Shown one piece after another: positions 34,681-45,100 of a stretch of 64,000 bases of DNA. Where the stretch lies: the IMG/VR virus record IMGVR_UViG_3300043803_001772. One strand, 5' to 3'. Both the position numbers and the translations under genes were made by a program. The stretch's first letter is position 1. Each line of letters opens with the position of its first letter. The stretch comes from a virus. Its lineage: Duplodnaviria > Heunggongvirae > Uroviricota > Caudoviricetes. The notes below the pieces were generated by a model that was not told the DNA's origin, made no database searches, and saw only the letters and a program-made list of their open reading frames with translations.

Positions 34681-35382
34681 TTATAGTCCAAATCTGTTTT
34701 TAGTTGCGTTGTAATTAAATAATATTTCGCTGGAACTCAATACTCTGTTATATAATCTTACAATTGCTATACTGCCATTGAAATAACTGGGTGCCCAAGT
34801 AGCTGCTCCTATTTGTAAAGAGGTTGATGTATTAGGCAAAGTTGATGGTAAACTATTAACTCTACCACTGTATGATGTTTCTCTTCCATTAACAAACGTT
34901 CTTAATTGAGCACTTGGTGTAGCCAAACCAATTACTTGATTCCACGATCCCAAAGTTACACCTGTAGAAGTTTCTAAATAAACATCTGAGCCAGGAGAAC
35001 TCCAGTCAAAATATAAGTTACCCGAACTATACGCTATAAACCTGGGATTATCAGGTGTAGCACCACTGTCACTTGTTCCTCTATTTAAAAATGTGCCTGT
35101 TGTTGCAACGGTGGGTTTAATCCACACTTCATATGTAGCGCCATTTGGGGTGTTTAAAATAGAATTATATGGAACATTTACATAATCATTGGTACCATCA
35201 AATACTATACTTCCTTGATTACCCGCGCTAAAAGTGGGACCATTGGTTAATGTGCCTGTATTGTTATTGCCGCTCAAATCACGCCAAGTGGTACCTGTGC
35301 CAGGATAACTAAGTTTATCAGCAGCATCTAGTGCTAATACCAAACCGCTTGTTACAATTTTTGGACCTCTGGCTATTCCCAT
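34681..35382 (-). CDS. standalone Laminin_G_3/ConA-like lectin-fold protein, copy 3 of cluster 1 (233 aa)
   Basis: GLVLALDAADKLSYPGTGTTWRDLSGNNNTGTLTNGPTFSAGNQGSIVFDGTNDYV... ending IVRLYNRVLSSSEILFNYNATKNRFGL. This is the FDG.NDYV plus YNRaLsaeEi signature of the LamG_3 family. Confidence 0.6.
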   Translation of the reverse strand: MGIARGPKIVTSGLVLALDAADKLSYPGTGTTWRDLSGNNNTGTLTNGPTFSAGNQGSIVFDGTNDYVNVPYNSILNTPNGATYEVWIKPTVATTGTFLNRGTSDSGATPDNPRFIAYSSGNLYFDWSSPGSDVYLETSTGVTLGSWNQVIGLATPSAQLRTFVNGRETSYSGRVNSLPSTLPNTSTSLQIGAATWAPSYFNGSIAIVRLYNRVLSSSEILFNYNATKNRFGL

Positions 35383-35393
35383 ATACAGTATAA

Positions 35394-36101
35394 TTATAAA
35401 CCGAATCTTGTTTTAGTTGCGTTATAATTTTGCAATACTTCAGCTGTACTTAATGCTCTATTGTATATAAGGGCCGTTGATATATTTCCTTGCCAATATC
35501 TTCTAGAATTAATCGCATCAGCCCCTATACTTAATAAAGCAGATGCATTTTGTTTAAGTGTTCCATCATATGCGATACCACCATCTAAAATTCCGTTATA
35601 ATAAAAATAAACTTGACCCGCAGTTGCATTTGCTACCATTGATATATTATACCAAATATTTGTAGAAAAGTTTGTAGCGGTAGATGTAGTTTCACGATAA
35701 GTATTGTTACTTTGCCTAACTCCCCACCCCCATCTTTTAGGCGACAAATCGGCTCTCCAAAGTATATAATAGAGTTCATCACTAGCTGCACCTAATTCTA
35801 TAGGATTTCTTATTGTTGTGTCACTAGCAGTCAATCTAAGCCAAATAGAAAGTGTAACACTTGTAGACGGATTAAAAATACTGTTATATGTAAAACCAAC
35901 ATAATCATTTGTACCATCAAATACTATACTACCCATATTACCCGCGTTAAAAGTGGGACCATTGGTTAATGTGCCTGTGTTATTATTACCGCTTAAATCA
36001 GTCCACGTTGTGCCACTGCCTTTATAACTAAGTTTATCAGCTGCATCTAGTGATAAAACACATCCGCTTGTAATTATTTTGGGTCCTGATATTCCTGACA
36101 T
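35394..36101 (-). CDS. standalone LamG_3-like protein, copy 2 of cluster 1 (235 aa)
   Basis: Same conserved N-terminus and C-terminus (ALIYNRALSTAEVLQNYNATKTRFGL). Divergent central region. Confidence 0.6.
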   Translation of the reverse strand: MSGISGPKIITSGCVLSLDAADKLSYKGSGTTWTDLSGNNNTGTLTNGPTFNAGNMGSIVFDGTNDYVGFTYNSIFNPSTSVTLSIWLRLTASDTTIRNPIELGAASDELYYILWRADLSPKRWGWGVRQSNNTYRETTSTATNFSTNIWYNISMVANATAGQVYFYYNGILDGGIAYDGTLKQNASALLSIGADAINSRRYWQGNISTALIYNRALSTAEVLQNYNATKTRFGL

Positions 36102-36104
36102 ATA

Positions 36105-36773
36105 TTAGTATCCATATCTGCTTTTTGTAGCATTGTAATTTTGAAGTATTTCCGTTGCACTTAATTCTCTATTGTATATAGAAAATGTACTTACATTTCC
36201 GGTAAATTTAGACCAAAATGAATCTGGAGAACTACCTATTCTAATTGAATTTGAACTTATAGATAAATTACCTAAAGCAATAGTATTTTGTAATTTACCG
36301 TTTATATAACCTGACATAGTTGAATTAACAGTGTATGTTAATATTAAATTATACCATCTATTTACAATGATTGTATCTATAGGACTAATTGTATAAGTTG
36401 TAGTAGATACTTTTATATCTATTGATCCTCCATCAAATAAATTATATCCATTGGCAGAATTGATGCCTGAATGTTTGTTTGCAACACTCGCTGCTCTACC
36501 CGGTAAAGAGGTGGGTTTATACCAAACACTAATAGTTTGTGTATTTGCATTTAAAGTGTCATTATTAGATATATCTACATAATCATCCACACCATCAAAT
36601 AATATACTACCCATATTACCAGCGCTAAATGTAGGACCATTAGTTAATGTGCCGTTATTATTATTGCCGCTTAAATCTCTCCACGTGGTACCTGTGCGAG
36701 GATAGCTTAGGCGTTCAGCTGCATCTAATGCTAATACCAAACCGCTTGTGACTATTCGTGGGCTATAGTACAT
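36105..36773 (-). CDS. standalone LamG_3-like protein, copy 1 of cluster 1 (222 aa)
   Basis: Same conserved ends (LFDGVDDYV ... SIYNRELSATEILQNYNATKSRYGY). Confidence 0.6.
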   Translation of the reverse strand: MYYSPRIVTSGLVLALDAAERLSYPRTGTTWRDLSGNNNNGTLTNGPTFSAGNMGSILFDGVDDYVDISNNDTLNANTQTISVWYKPTSLPGRAASVANKHSGINSANGYNLFDGGSIDIKVSTTTYTISPIDTIIVNRWYNLILTYTVNSTMSGYINGKLQNTIALGNLSISSNSIRIGSSPDSFWSKFTGNVSTFSIYNRELSATEILQNYNATKSRYGY

Positions 36774-36776
36774 AAA

Positions 36777-37025
36777 TTATGATTCGTTTAATATATTGGG
36801 CCAAACATTTTTAAGTTCTTGTGTATTGGTTATAGTGGATAAATCGGTGGTGGTAACATCTCTTAGAGCTTGTTTTTTGGCTACAATTTGTTGTTGTTTG
36901 GTTGTATCGCCATTTTCAACAGCACGCATAAATTCTGTATCTAATTTTTCCAAGATAGGTTTTCTTGCGGTTCTCCATCTATTTTTTTGTATTTCTTTGG
37001 CTTTATCAAGATTTATTGTTATCAT
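36777..37025 (-). CDS. small hypothetical protein (82 aa), possible fibre-assembly accessory
   Basis: ORF position between fibre genes. No motif recognised. Confidence 0.4.
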   Translation of the reverse strand: MITINLDKAKEIQKNRWRTARKPILEKLDTEFMRAVENGDTTKQQQIVAKKQALRDVTTTDLSTITNTQELKNVWPNILNES

Positions 37026-37031
37026 ATGATG

Positions 37032-37280
37032 TTATAGTGTATCTGTTGGATATTCCCAGGCGTTTCTGAAGGTTCTATCTGTTGGTATATCTTCTACTGG
37101 TACAATTTTATATGATGTTCCTGCTGGTACATCTTTTGCAGCAATTCTTGTGATAAATTCGTCATAAGTTTCATCTGCATTTTTTGCATTTATTGATGGT
37201 ATTATTATAGCAACTCCACCATTTTCCGTTGGGTATATTATTCGTTTTTCACTCATACATTTATATATAGTAAACTTCAA
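37032..37280 (-). CDS. small hypothetical protein (82 aa)
   Basis: Overlaps the upstream gene by 4 nt. Confidence 0.4.
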   Translation of the reverse strand: MKFTIYKCMSEKRIIYPTENGGVAIIIPSINAKNADETYDEFITRIAAKDVPAGTSYKIVPVEDIPTDRTFRNAWEYPTDTL

Positions 37281-38386
37281 TTGCTAAATGCCAATGATGT
37301 AATTATCGTACTATCCGCCGCGACACCATTTTCAGTAGTATATATTTGATAATAATTTGTATTATATGCGCTTACATATGCACCGTAATTAGTATCGACC
37401 GTTACATTTCTTCGTTGAGCAATTGCAAAATAATTTGTATTACTTAATATAGTACTAAAATTTACTGTGTAATAACCTGTTCCGTTATCCGTTATGCTGC
37501 TTACATTGTAACTATCTCGTATTGCTACGGTGCCTTGACCATTAAAGTTGACCCAAGCTTTTGCTAATTGTGCGCCATTTATACCACCTGTTCCTATTGC
37601 AAATCCTGTTGCAGTACTATTAACCACTACAGTACTATTTGCATCACCTGTACTATCTAAAAATTGCGTGGTAGATGGCGTAAAATTACTCGTATACCTA
37701 GCTATACCTTTTGTAATTCGCAATTCATCTATATAACCTTGATAAAAACCATTAGTATAAGCGCCTATAGTAAAAGCTGTATTAGTAGATGATTGTGGGG
37801 TTCCTACTATAGTGTGTGTAGTTGAACTTTTTACTCCATTTACATATATATCTACCCCAACCGAACTTTTTACCATTGCTAAATGTGTCCACGTATTTAA
37901 AGTAAGAGTTAAATTGCTTGTAAAAGATTGGGCAGAACCGTTATAATAATAAAACTTTACATTACCGCTTGAATTTGTACCAAAACTCCAATAATTTGTG
38001 TCGCCATTAAAACTCATATTACCAATCAAATTGCCGATACTTCCGCCACTTCCCGTTGCGGCAGGAAATGAAATTGCATAGACCCACATTTCTAATGTAT
38101 AATCTACAGTCCACCAATCAAATAAAGCCGTATTATAAGTTGTTGAAACATAATCATTTGTACCGTCAAATAATACGCTACTGCCGCCGAATTTGCTTTG
38201 AGCAGTGCTTATGGCAGCACCATTTGTAGCAGTAACCGTAACATTATTTTTGCTATTATCTGTCATAGTGGTACTACCATTTGTACCATTAAAATGCATC
38301 AATAAGCTGGTTTGTGGATAATAAACATCACCTGTTGTGGTTCCAACAGGTACTGCGATTTGTGATAAAAAAGGTTTGGTTGCCAT
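37277..38386 (-). CDS. LamG_3-domain fibre-associated protein (369 aa)
   Basis: LLMHFNGTNGSTTMTDNSKNNVTVTATNGAAISTAQSKFGGSSVLFDGTNDYVST...EMWVY...GYIDELRITKGIARYTSNFTPSTTQF. Same module as in the giant fibres. Confidence 0.55.
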   Translation of the reverse strand: MATKPFLSQIAVPVGTTTGDVYYPQTSLLMHFNGTNGSTTMTDNSKNNVTVTATNGAAISTAQSKFGGSSVLFDGTNDYVSTTYNTALFDWWTVDYTLEMWVYAISFPAATGSGGSIGNLIGNMSFNGDTNYWSFGTNSSGNVKFYYYNGSAQSFTSNLTLTLNTWTHLAMVKSSVGVDIYVNGVKSSTTHTIVGTPQSSTNTAFTIGAYTNGFYQGYIDELRITKGIARYTSNFTPSTTQFLDSTGDANSTVVVNSTATGFAIGTGGINGAQLAKAWVNFNGQGTVAIRDSYNVSSITDNGTGYYTVNFSTILSNTNYFAIAQRRNVTVDTNYGAYVSAYNTNYYQIYTTENGVAADSTIITSLAFSN

Positions 38387-38392
38387 AAAATT

Positions 38393-41300
38393 TTATAATT
38401 CGGATGTTAATATAACAGGTATTGTGGTGCTTGGAGCATTTAGATAACAAACTTGTCCAGCCGTCCCACCACCAGCAATTCCGAACTGAAATAATATAAA
38501 ATTATTTGTTGACACGGCGTTTAAAGCAAGAGAAGTCAATGTTTGATATGTCCCGCCATTAGGTATATAAACTTGATAATTGCCAGCGGTTACTGCAGAA
38601 CTTAATATAGGTATTGTTCTCATAATCTGTGGTAAGTTAAATCCAATAAATCCAAATGTTGTCCCTCCAAATGAACCAGGTGCGAGAAAATAATTTGTTC
38701 CAACTGCCGTGGTTAATGAATAACAATATCTTTGACAATTAACCAATTCTGTTCCGATCAATCTTCTTTCAAATGGTGTTGCTAATGGACCTGCTTCTAA
38801 TTGAACATTATCTATTGTCCAAGTGCCTGAAGTTTGAGCACCAACACTAAATACAATTTCAATACCTGTAGTAGCCGATGATGGAATAAATATTTGTGCG
38901 CTATATCTACTCAATGTACTAGTTACAGTAAATGTACCCGTAGATATTTGTGTTCGTGTAGGACTACCCAATGTACCAAATGTATCACTAGTAGTAGCAT
39001 AATAAGCAGTCCAAGTTACACTAGTCAATAAACTATTAGCCAAATCAACACCAAGCGTCGCTGTAGATCCTGCCAAATCAATACTATTAGCCGCTTCTAT
39101 TCTTTGTCCAAAACCAATACCAGTAACACTAGCCGCACCTGTAAATCTATAAGCATATTGATTATTACCTGTACCAGCAACTCTCTGACCAGTAACATTT
39201 GCACCAGTACAATATGCATACCATCTATCCACTGTATAAGCTAATGCAGCACCAGCAGTAATTGTCTGTGATGCGCCAGCATTTCTTTGGTCTATAGCCA
39301 TAGCACCATTGATAATACGATTAATATTGCTGGAATTTAAATTAAAACCAGCGGTACCAATACTAACACCTGTAGCAGTACTGTTTACAACCAACGCTTT
39401 ACCTACATCACCACCTGTATTAGAAAACGCAGTTGTTGATGGCGTAAAATTACCAGTATACCTAGCATACCCATTCGTAATTCTCAATTCATCAATATAT
39501 CCAGCAAAATTTAAAGTATTAGTTTTACTCGCTCCAATATAAATTACCGATGATACATAATTTGTACTGTCACTTACAGTTGACCCAACTTGCGTTCCAT
39601 TAATAAAAATTCTATTATTTCCTGATGCTCTAGTCCATACTATATGATTCCAACTATTTAATGTTAGTGTTCCCGAAGGCGATATTATTTCCGTTCCACC
39701 TTTCCATAAATTTAATTGATTATTATAACTATATAATATCCATCCTCCAACTGACGAATATACATCGTCGCCTACTAACGCTTTATATGCACTTACAGAT
39801 GACACGGTTTGATATATCCATAGTTCAACTGTCAAATCGTTTGTGCCAAATGTAAGCATCGGTGTTGTTTGTGAAACTAAATAATCATTTGTACCGTCAA
39901 GAAATACACTTGCACCACCGAATTTACTTTGTACAGTACTTATAAACGCACCATTTGTGGCAGTAACAGTTAAGTTATTTTTGCTATTGTCTGTGATTAC
40001 CGTGCTACCATTAGTACCGTCAAAATGTAACAATGCAGCAACTTGTGGATAATAAGCATCACCTGTGGTTGTACCTGTCAATACTATATTAGCTAAATTA
40101 ACATCACTGCTATTTGTAGCGGTTACTAAATATCTTGCATTAATTTTACTGCCAGATGGATAACTTTCAGTAAATGTAACTCTGCTTGCACTTACTGTAT
40201 AATCAGTTATAGGAGTTTGTATAATACCATTTACACTCAATAACACATCACTCGGGGAAACTACACTTCTACTCAATACATACAAATTACTACCACTAAC
40301 ATAATTCATCGTCTGATTAACCAACGCAGTACCACCATTTAATGCATAACTAGCAGTAATAGCTCTTCTTGAAAAACTGCTTGTTATAGGATAAGTACTT
40401 CCTGTTCTTAATGTACTACCACCACCACTTGCATTTAAAGCATAACTAGCAGTCTTAGATAATAATGAATAACTGCTAGTAACACTAACCTTAGTATAAT
40501 CAATCACATTCACATACACTCTGTCAATACTAGCACTTAAAGATCCACTTGATGGATTGCCAGGTGTAGTCATCTTCACTACTTTAAGCGAACTATCATT
40601 CAATTTTTGTACACCATAATCCACATTTGTGTCATTTAATCCACCTACAGTGCCTATGTATTTTGTCAGTGATTGATATAAAGATCGATTGTTATAAAAT
40701 TGAGAATTTTCCGGAGTGAAATTACCGGTATATCTTGCTACACCTTTTGTTAGTCTTAACTCATCTAAATAACCAGGATAATAATATGTTGCGGCATATC
40801 TTCCGATTTCTAGTGGTGCTGCTCCATTTGGTATTGTAGCGGTTGATGTAAATGTAGAAATTTGTGTTCCGTTTTGAAATGTTCTAAAAGTATTTCCTTG
40901 TCGAGTTACTGCATAATGTGTCCAACTATTTATTATTATAACACCCATACTTACAGCGCTCGCAATTGACCAACTACTCCCATTACCAGCAAAAAAATTA
41001 ATATTACCAGATTCGGTCCATCCAACCATCCATGGCGGTTGTCCGCTACTATTTCTAGATATTCCTGGTTTAAATACAGCATTTGATGTTCTATATTCCC
41101 AATATTCAATTGTAAAATCTCCGGTACCAAAATCAAATGCGGAATTATCCGGCACCGTAAGATAATCATCTGATCCGTCAAAAAACCCACTAGCACCACC
41201 AAATTTGCTTTGAACAGTGCTAATTGCAGCGCCGTTAACCGATGTAACTGTTTTTGGCGATGGACTATTATCGGTGAATGTAGTACTTCCATTTACACCA

Positions 41301-41761
41301 TTAAAATGCATCAACAAACTACAGCTGTTATAATATTGATCTCCAGGAATTATTTTTGCGTCCCATTCTTCCACAACACTAACATTCCACTTGTTGCTAC
41401 TCAAACTTAAGCCTGTAATAGTGTTTGTACTACCTGATTTTACATTAGTCCATAATGTCTGACTAGCAATACTACCTGTTTGCAGAGTTGCAGTACTACT
41501 TGTGCCACTTGATCCCGCAGTACCACTGGTGCCTGGACTACCTACTCCGCTTGTACCACTACTACCAGCTGTAGCACTTGTTCCACTAGTTCCACTGCTT
41601 CCGACTGATCCATTTGCACCACTTGTGCCGCTACTACCAGCTGCGCCTCCCATCACATAACTAGCAGTTAAAGATCGTCTCGCATAACTAGATGTACCAC
41701 TAAAAGATCCAGTAAATGGTCCTTGTGATATTAAAGATGGTAGTATTTTTAGTAATGGCAT
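38393..41761 (-). CDS. giant tail-fibre/adhesin (1122 aa) with collagen-like tract and two LamG_3 modules
   Basis: G-S/T-S tract near the N-terminus. Two LHF(N/D)G.NGST..TDNS...FDG.(D/N)DY...ELRITKG.ARYTGNFTP modules. Shared module YIGTVGGLNDTNVDYGVQKLNDSSLKVVKM. Confidence 0.6.
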   Translation of the reverse strand: MPLLKILPSLISQGPFTGSFSGTSSYARRSLTASYVMGGAAGSSGTSGANGSVGSSGTSGTSATAGSSGTSGVGSPGTSGTAGSSGTSSTATLQTGSIASQTLWTNVKSGSTNTITGLSLSSNKWNVSVVEEWDAKIIPGDQYYNSCSLLMHFNGVNGSTTFTDNSPSPKTVTSVNGAAISTVQSKFGGASGFFDGSDDYLTVPDNSAFDFGTGDFTIEYWEYRTSNAVFKPGISRNSSGQPPWMVGWTESGNINFFAGNGSSWSIASAVSMGVIIINSWTHYAVTRQGNTFRTFQNGTQISTFTSTATIPNGAAPLEIGRYAATYYYPGYLDELRLTKGVARYTGNFTPENSQFYNNRSLYQSLTKYIGTVGGLNDTNVDYGVQKLNDSSLKVVKMTTPGNPSSGSLSASIDRVYVNVIDYTKVSVTSSYSLLSKTASYALNASGGGSTLRTGSTYPITSSFSRRAITASYALNGGTALVNQTMNYVSGSNLYVLSRSVVSPSDVLLSVNGIIQTPITDYTVSASRVTFTESYPSGSKINARYLVTATNSSDVNLANIVLTGTTTGDAYYPQVAALLHFDGTNGSTVITDNSKNNLTVTATNGAFISTVQSKFGGASVFLDGTNDYLVSQTTPMLTFGTNDLTVELWIYQTVSSVSAYKALVGDDVYSSVGGWILYSYNNQLNLWKGGTEIISPSGTLTLNSWNHIVWTRASGNNRIFINGTQVGSTVSDSTNYVSSVIYIGASKTNTLNFAGYIDELRITNGYARYTGNFTPSTTAFSNTGGDVGKALVVNSTATGVSIGTAGFNLNSSNINRIINGAMAIDQRNAGASQTITAGAALAYTVDRWYAYCTGANVTGQRVAGTGNNQYAYRFTGAASVTGIGFGQRIEAANSIDLAGSTATLGVDLANSLLTSVTWTAYYATTSDTFGTLGSPTRTQISTGTFTVTSTLSRYSAQIFIPSSATTGIEIVFSVGAQTSGTWTIDNVQLEAGPLATPFERRLIGTELVNCQRYCYSLTTAVGTNYFLAPGSFGGTTFGFIGFNLPQIMRTIPILSSAVTAGNYQVYIPNGGTYQTLTSLALNAVSTNNFILFQFGIAGGGTAGQVCYLNAPSTTIPVILTSEL

Positions 41762-41762
41762 A

Positions 41763-42155
41763 TTATTCTGAAATTAATTTCCAAGATAGTGTTGTTTCGT
41801 CCCAAACATAAAATTTTCCGTCATTTGGATATAAAACAGGAGCTTCCCATATACAACTTCCTTCGTTTAAGATCCAACTTGGATATGACTGAGGCGGTAT
41901 GAATGCGTCTAAGTTCATATCATATTTAAATCCAATTCCAGCAAAATTTTTTCTAAATGATTTAGATTGATCATCATCTGGTAAGTTTGTTATTGGATTA
42001 TAATATATTCCCCCTTTAGTATTATAACTAGTTCGTTTACAGATCTGTCCCTTTTTAATTGTATAATAATTTTCCCAATCAAAAAGTCTTTCATCTTTAC
42101 CGACAATCACTTCGGTAACTACATAATCTTCGTTTAAAAATGCGTAATGTGCCAT
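41763..42155 (-). CDS. small conserved phage protein (130 aa), possible fibre-assembly chaperone
   Basis: MAHYAFLNEDYVVTEVIVG...W-rich. Position between two giant fibre genes. Function inferred from context only. Confidence 0.4.
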   Translation of the reverse strand: MAHYAFLNEDYVVTEVIVGKDERLFDWENYYTIKKGQICKRTSYNTKGGIYYNPITNLPDDDQSKSFRKNFAGIGFKYDMNLDAFIPPQSYPSWILNEGSCIWEAPVLYPNDGKFYVWDETTLSWKLISE

Positions 42156-42159
42156 ATTT

Positions 42160-45100
42160 TTAAGAAATTGTTATTGTGTCTGAACCAGCTGTAAACGTAG
42201 TAATTTTATAACTTCCAGTAGTAACAGTCGTCGAAGTCAAACCCACACCAATTGTTAAAGTTCTATTAGATAAATATTTTGCAATTACAATACCTGATCC
42301 ACCATTATATGCACTTTCATTTGGATATCCACCACCTCCGCCACCTCCTCCACGCGACGCCTCGCCCGCAGATCCGTTTCCATTTCCATAGTTACCATTT
42401 CCACCTCCGCCTAGACCACCTGTTCCGCGATTGGTGACACCACTATTTCCACCATATACACCTCCGCCGCCGCCGCCAGCATAATATATTGGAGTGCTTG
42501 AAATGTTAGATATAAGCCCATTTCCACCATTACCTCCTGAACCAGGAGTATAACTTCCACCAATAACACCAGCGCCACCTCCACCACCACCAGCATATGG
42601 CGGACTAGTAGGACTACCAGCTCCACCATTATTACCTTGTGACACAGTTCCAGATCCACCTGCACCCTGGGTTGCACCACCTCCACCTGAACCGCCTGGG
42701 TTAGCCGGTTTGTATTCAGATCCTGCTCCGCCACCACCTGTCGATGTAATTGATGCAAATACACTATTACTCCCATTGGCACCATTTGCAGCTCTTGATG
42801 CTGCTGCCGATCCACCTGAACCAACTGAGACCGTGTATGCAACAGACCGAAGCAAACCCAAAGAACCAGTTCTAAAACCTCCTGCTCCACCACCACCAGC
42901 ATGCGCAAAACCACCACCACCACCGCCTGCTAAAACCAAATATTGAAATTGGTCAGCACTGGTAATATATGTTATAGCATTTATTTTAAATGTAGAAGCC
43001 CCGTCAGTATTCATCAAATATATTGGATAAGTACCTTCATTTTTTGAAATTACATTTACATTAAGTTTGTTGCTATTAACATATGTGACTATTGACCCAG
43101 ACGTATTATCTATAAATATAGATGCGCTAGGCTTAAAATTACTACCTGATATAGTAATATAATTGGTATTTGGTTTAATTATATCTATAAAAGACGATGT
43201 GGTTGGAACATAACTACTATTTGTATAAATAATAGATTTAATTTTGGGAATATCCAATGAATTAACTGAATTTAAAGCATTAGTAGCATAACTGCTTGTA
43301 ACCGCAACTTTACTATAATCCAATACGTTTACATATACCCTATCCACACTGCTACTCAACGACCCACTTGGAAACGGCGATGTGGTTTGAGACATCTTGA
43401 CCACTTTAAGCGAACTATCACTCAATTTCTGCACACCATAGTCTACACTTCTATCATTTAAACCACCAATCAAACCAATGTACTTAGTCGCATATTGCGT
43501 AACACCAATACTATTCGGAAAAGCCGATGTTTGTGGTGTAAAATTACCGGTATATCTTGCAACCCCTTTTGTAATTCTCAATTCATCTATATAACCAACA
43601 AAATAACCACTGCTTACAATTTGGCCAATTGTTAAGGCGGATGTAGATGTTAATGTAGTTCCTCCTGTATATGTAGAACCTTCTTGAACACCATTCAAAA
43701 ATAATTTATATGAACCAGCTGTACCGGATACTGCAATGTGATACCAAGTATCAGTTGAAATTGTTGTAGTGCCTATAATATCCTGTCCATTTCCTGATAA
43801 ATTTACATTTACTACACCGTTCAATAATTGAAGCACCCAACCATTTGTAACATCTTGATAATTAGTAACTAAAACTCTCTGACCAGATACCGAAGAAAAA
43901 TATGCCCAAAGTTCAACTGTAAATGTTCCTGATGTAAAATTAAACTCCGCATTATTTGGAATTGAAACATAATCATTTGTACCATCAAAAAATACACTAG
44001 CTCCTCCAAATTTGCTTTGTGCTGTACTAATTACAGCACCATTTGCAGCGGTAACGGTAAAATTATTTTTGCTATTGTCAGTTATAGTAGTGCTACCATT
44101 AGTACCGTCAAAATGTAATAATAAACTACAGCTATTATAATATTGATCCCCAGCTACAATTACAGCGTCCCACTCCTCTTTAATATCTACACCCCACTTA
44201 TTACCACTTAGATTTAAACCTGTAATTACGTTTTGGCTGCCTGACGTTACGTTGTACAATATGGTTTGTTTAGCAATACTACCTGTTTGTACAGTGCCAT
44301 TTATACCACTAGTGCCACTTGATCCTTGACCAGCATTAATATATCTAACATCAACCAATCCGCCACTTTGTACAGCTTCACTTAAAGTCAAAGTTGTACC
44401 ACTTACAGTATAATTGCTACCTGTTCGACTTTGTACCACACCGTTTGTTACAACAAGTATTTGATCTCGGTTTACAACACTTTGATTTAAAGTATATACA
44501 GTTTGACTACCATTGCTTATAAAAGTTTGAGCACCAGCAAGTGAAGATCCACCACCGCTTGCATTTAAAGCATAACTAGCAGTTAAAGATCTTCTGGACC
44601 AACTGCTTGTTATAGGATATAAACTACCAGTTGTTAATGAAGCACCCCCACCACTTGTACCACTTGATCCAGAAGCACCAGTTGCACCGCTGCTACCAGA
44701 TGTACCATTATTTCCACTGCTTCCACTGCTTCCAGTTGTACCTGATGTACCACTATTACCACTTGATCCACTACTACCAGAAGCACCGCTAGATCCACTT
44801 GATCCATTTTGACCACTGGTACCTGATGAACCAGCTGTTGAACTGGTGCCTGATGTACCTGAAGTACCATTATTTCCGCTCGTACCACTACTGCCATTTG
44901 CACCCCCACCCAATATATAACTTGCGGTCAAAGCATTGGTAGCATAACTGCTAGTTACACTAACGTTTGTGTAATTAAGCACATTCACATATACTCTATC
45001 AACAGATGCGCTTAATGATCCACTTGGAAACGGCGAAGTGGTTTGTGTCATCTTCACCACCTTAAGCGAACTATCACTCAGCTTTTGTACGCCGTAATCT

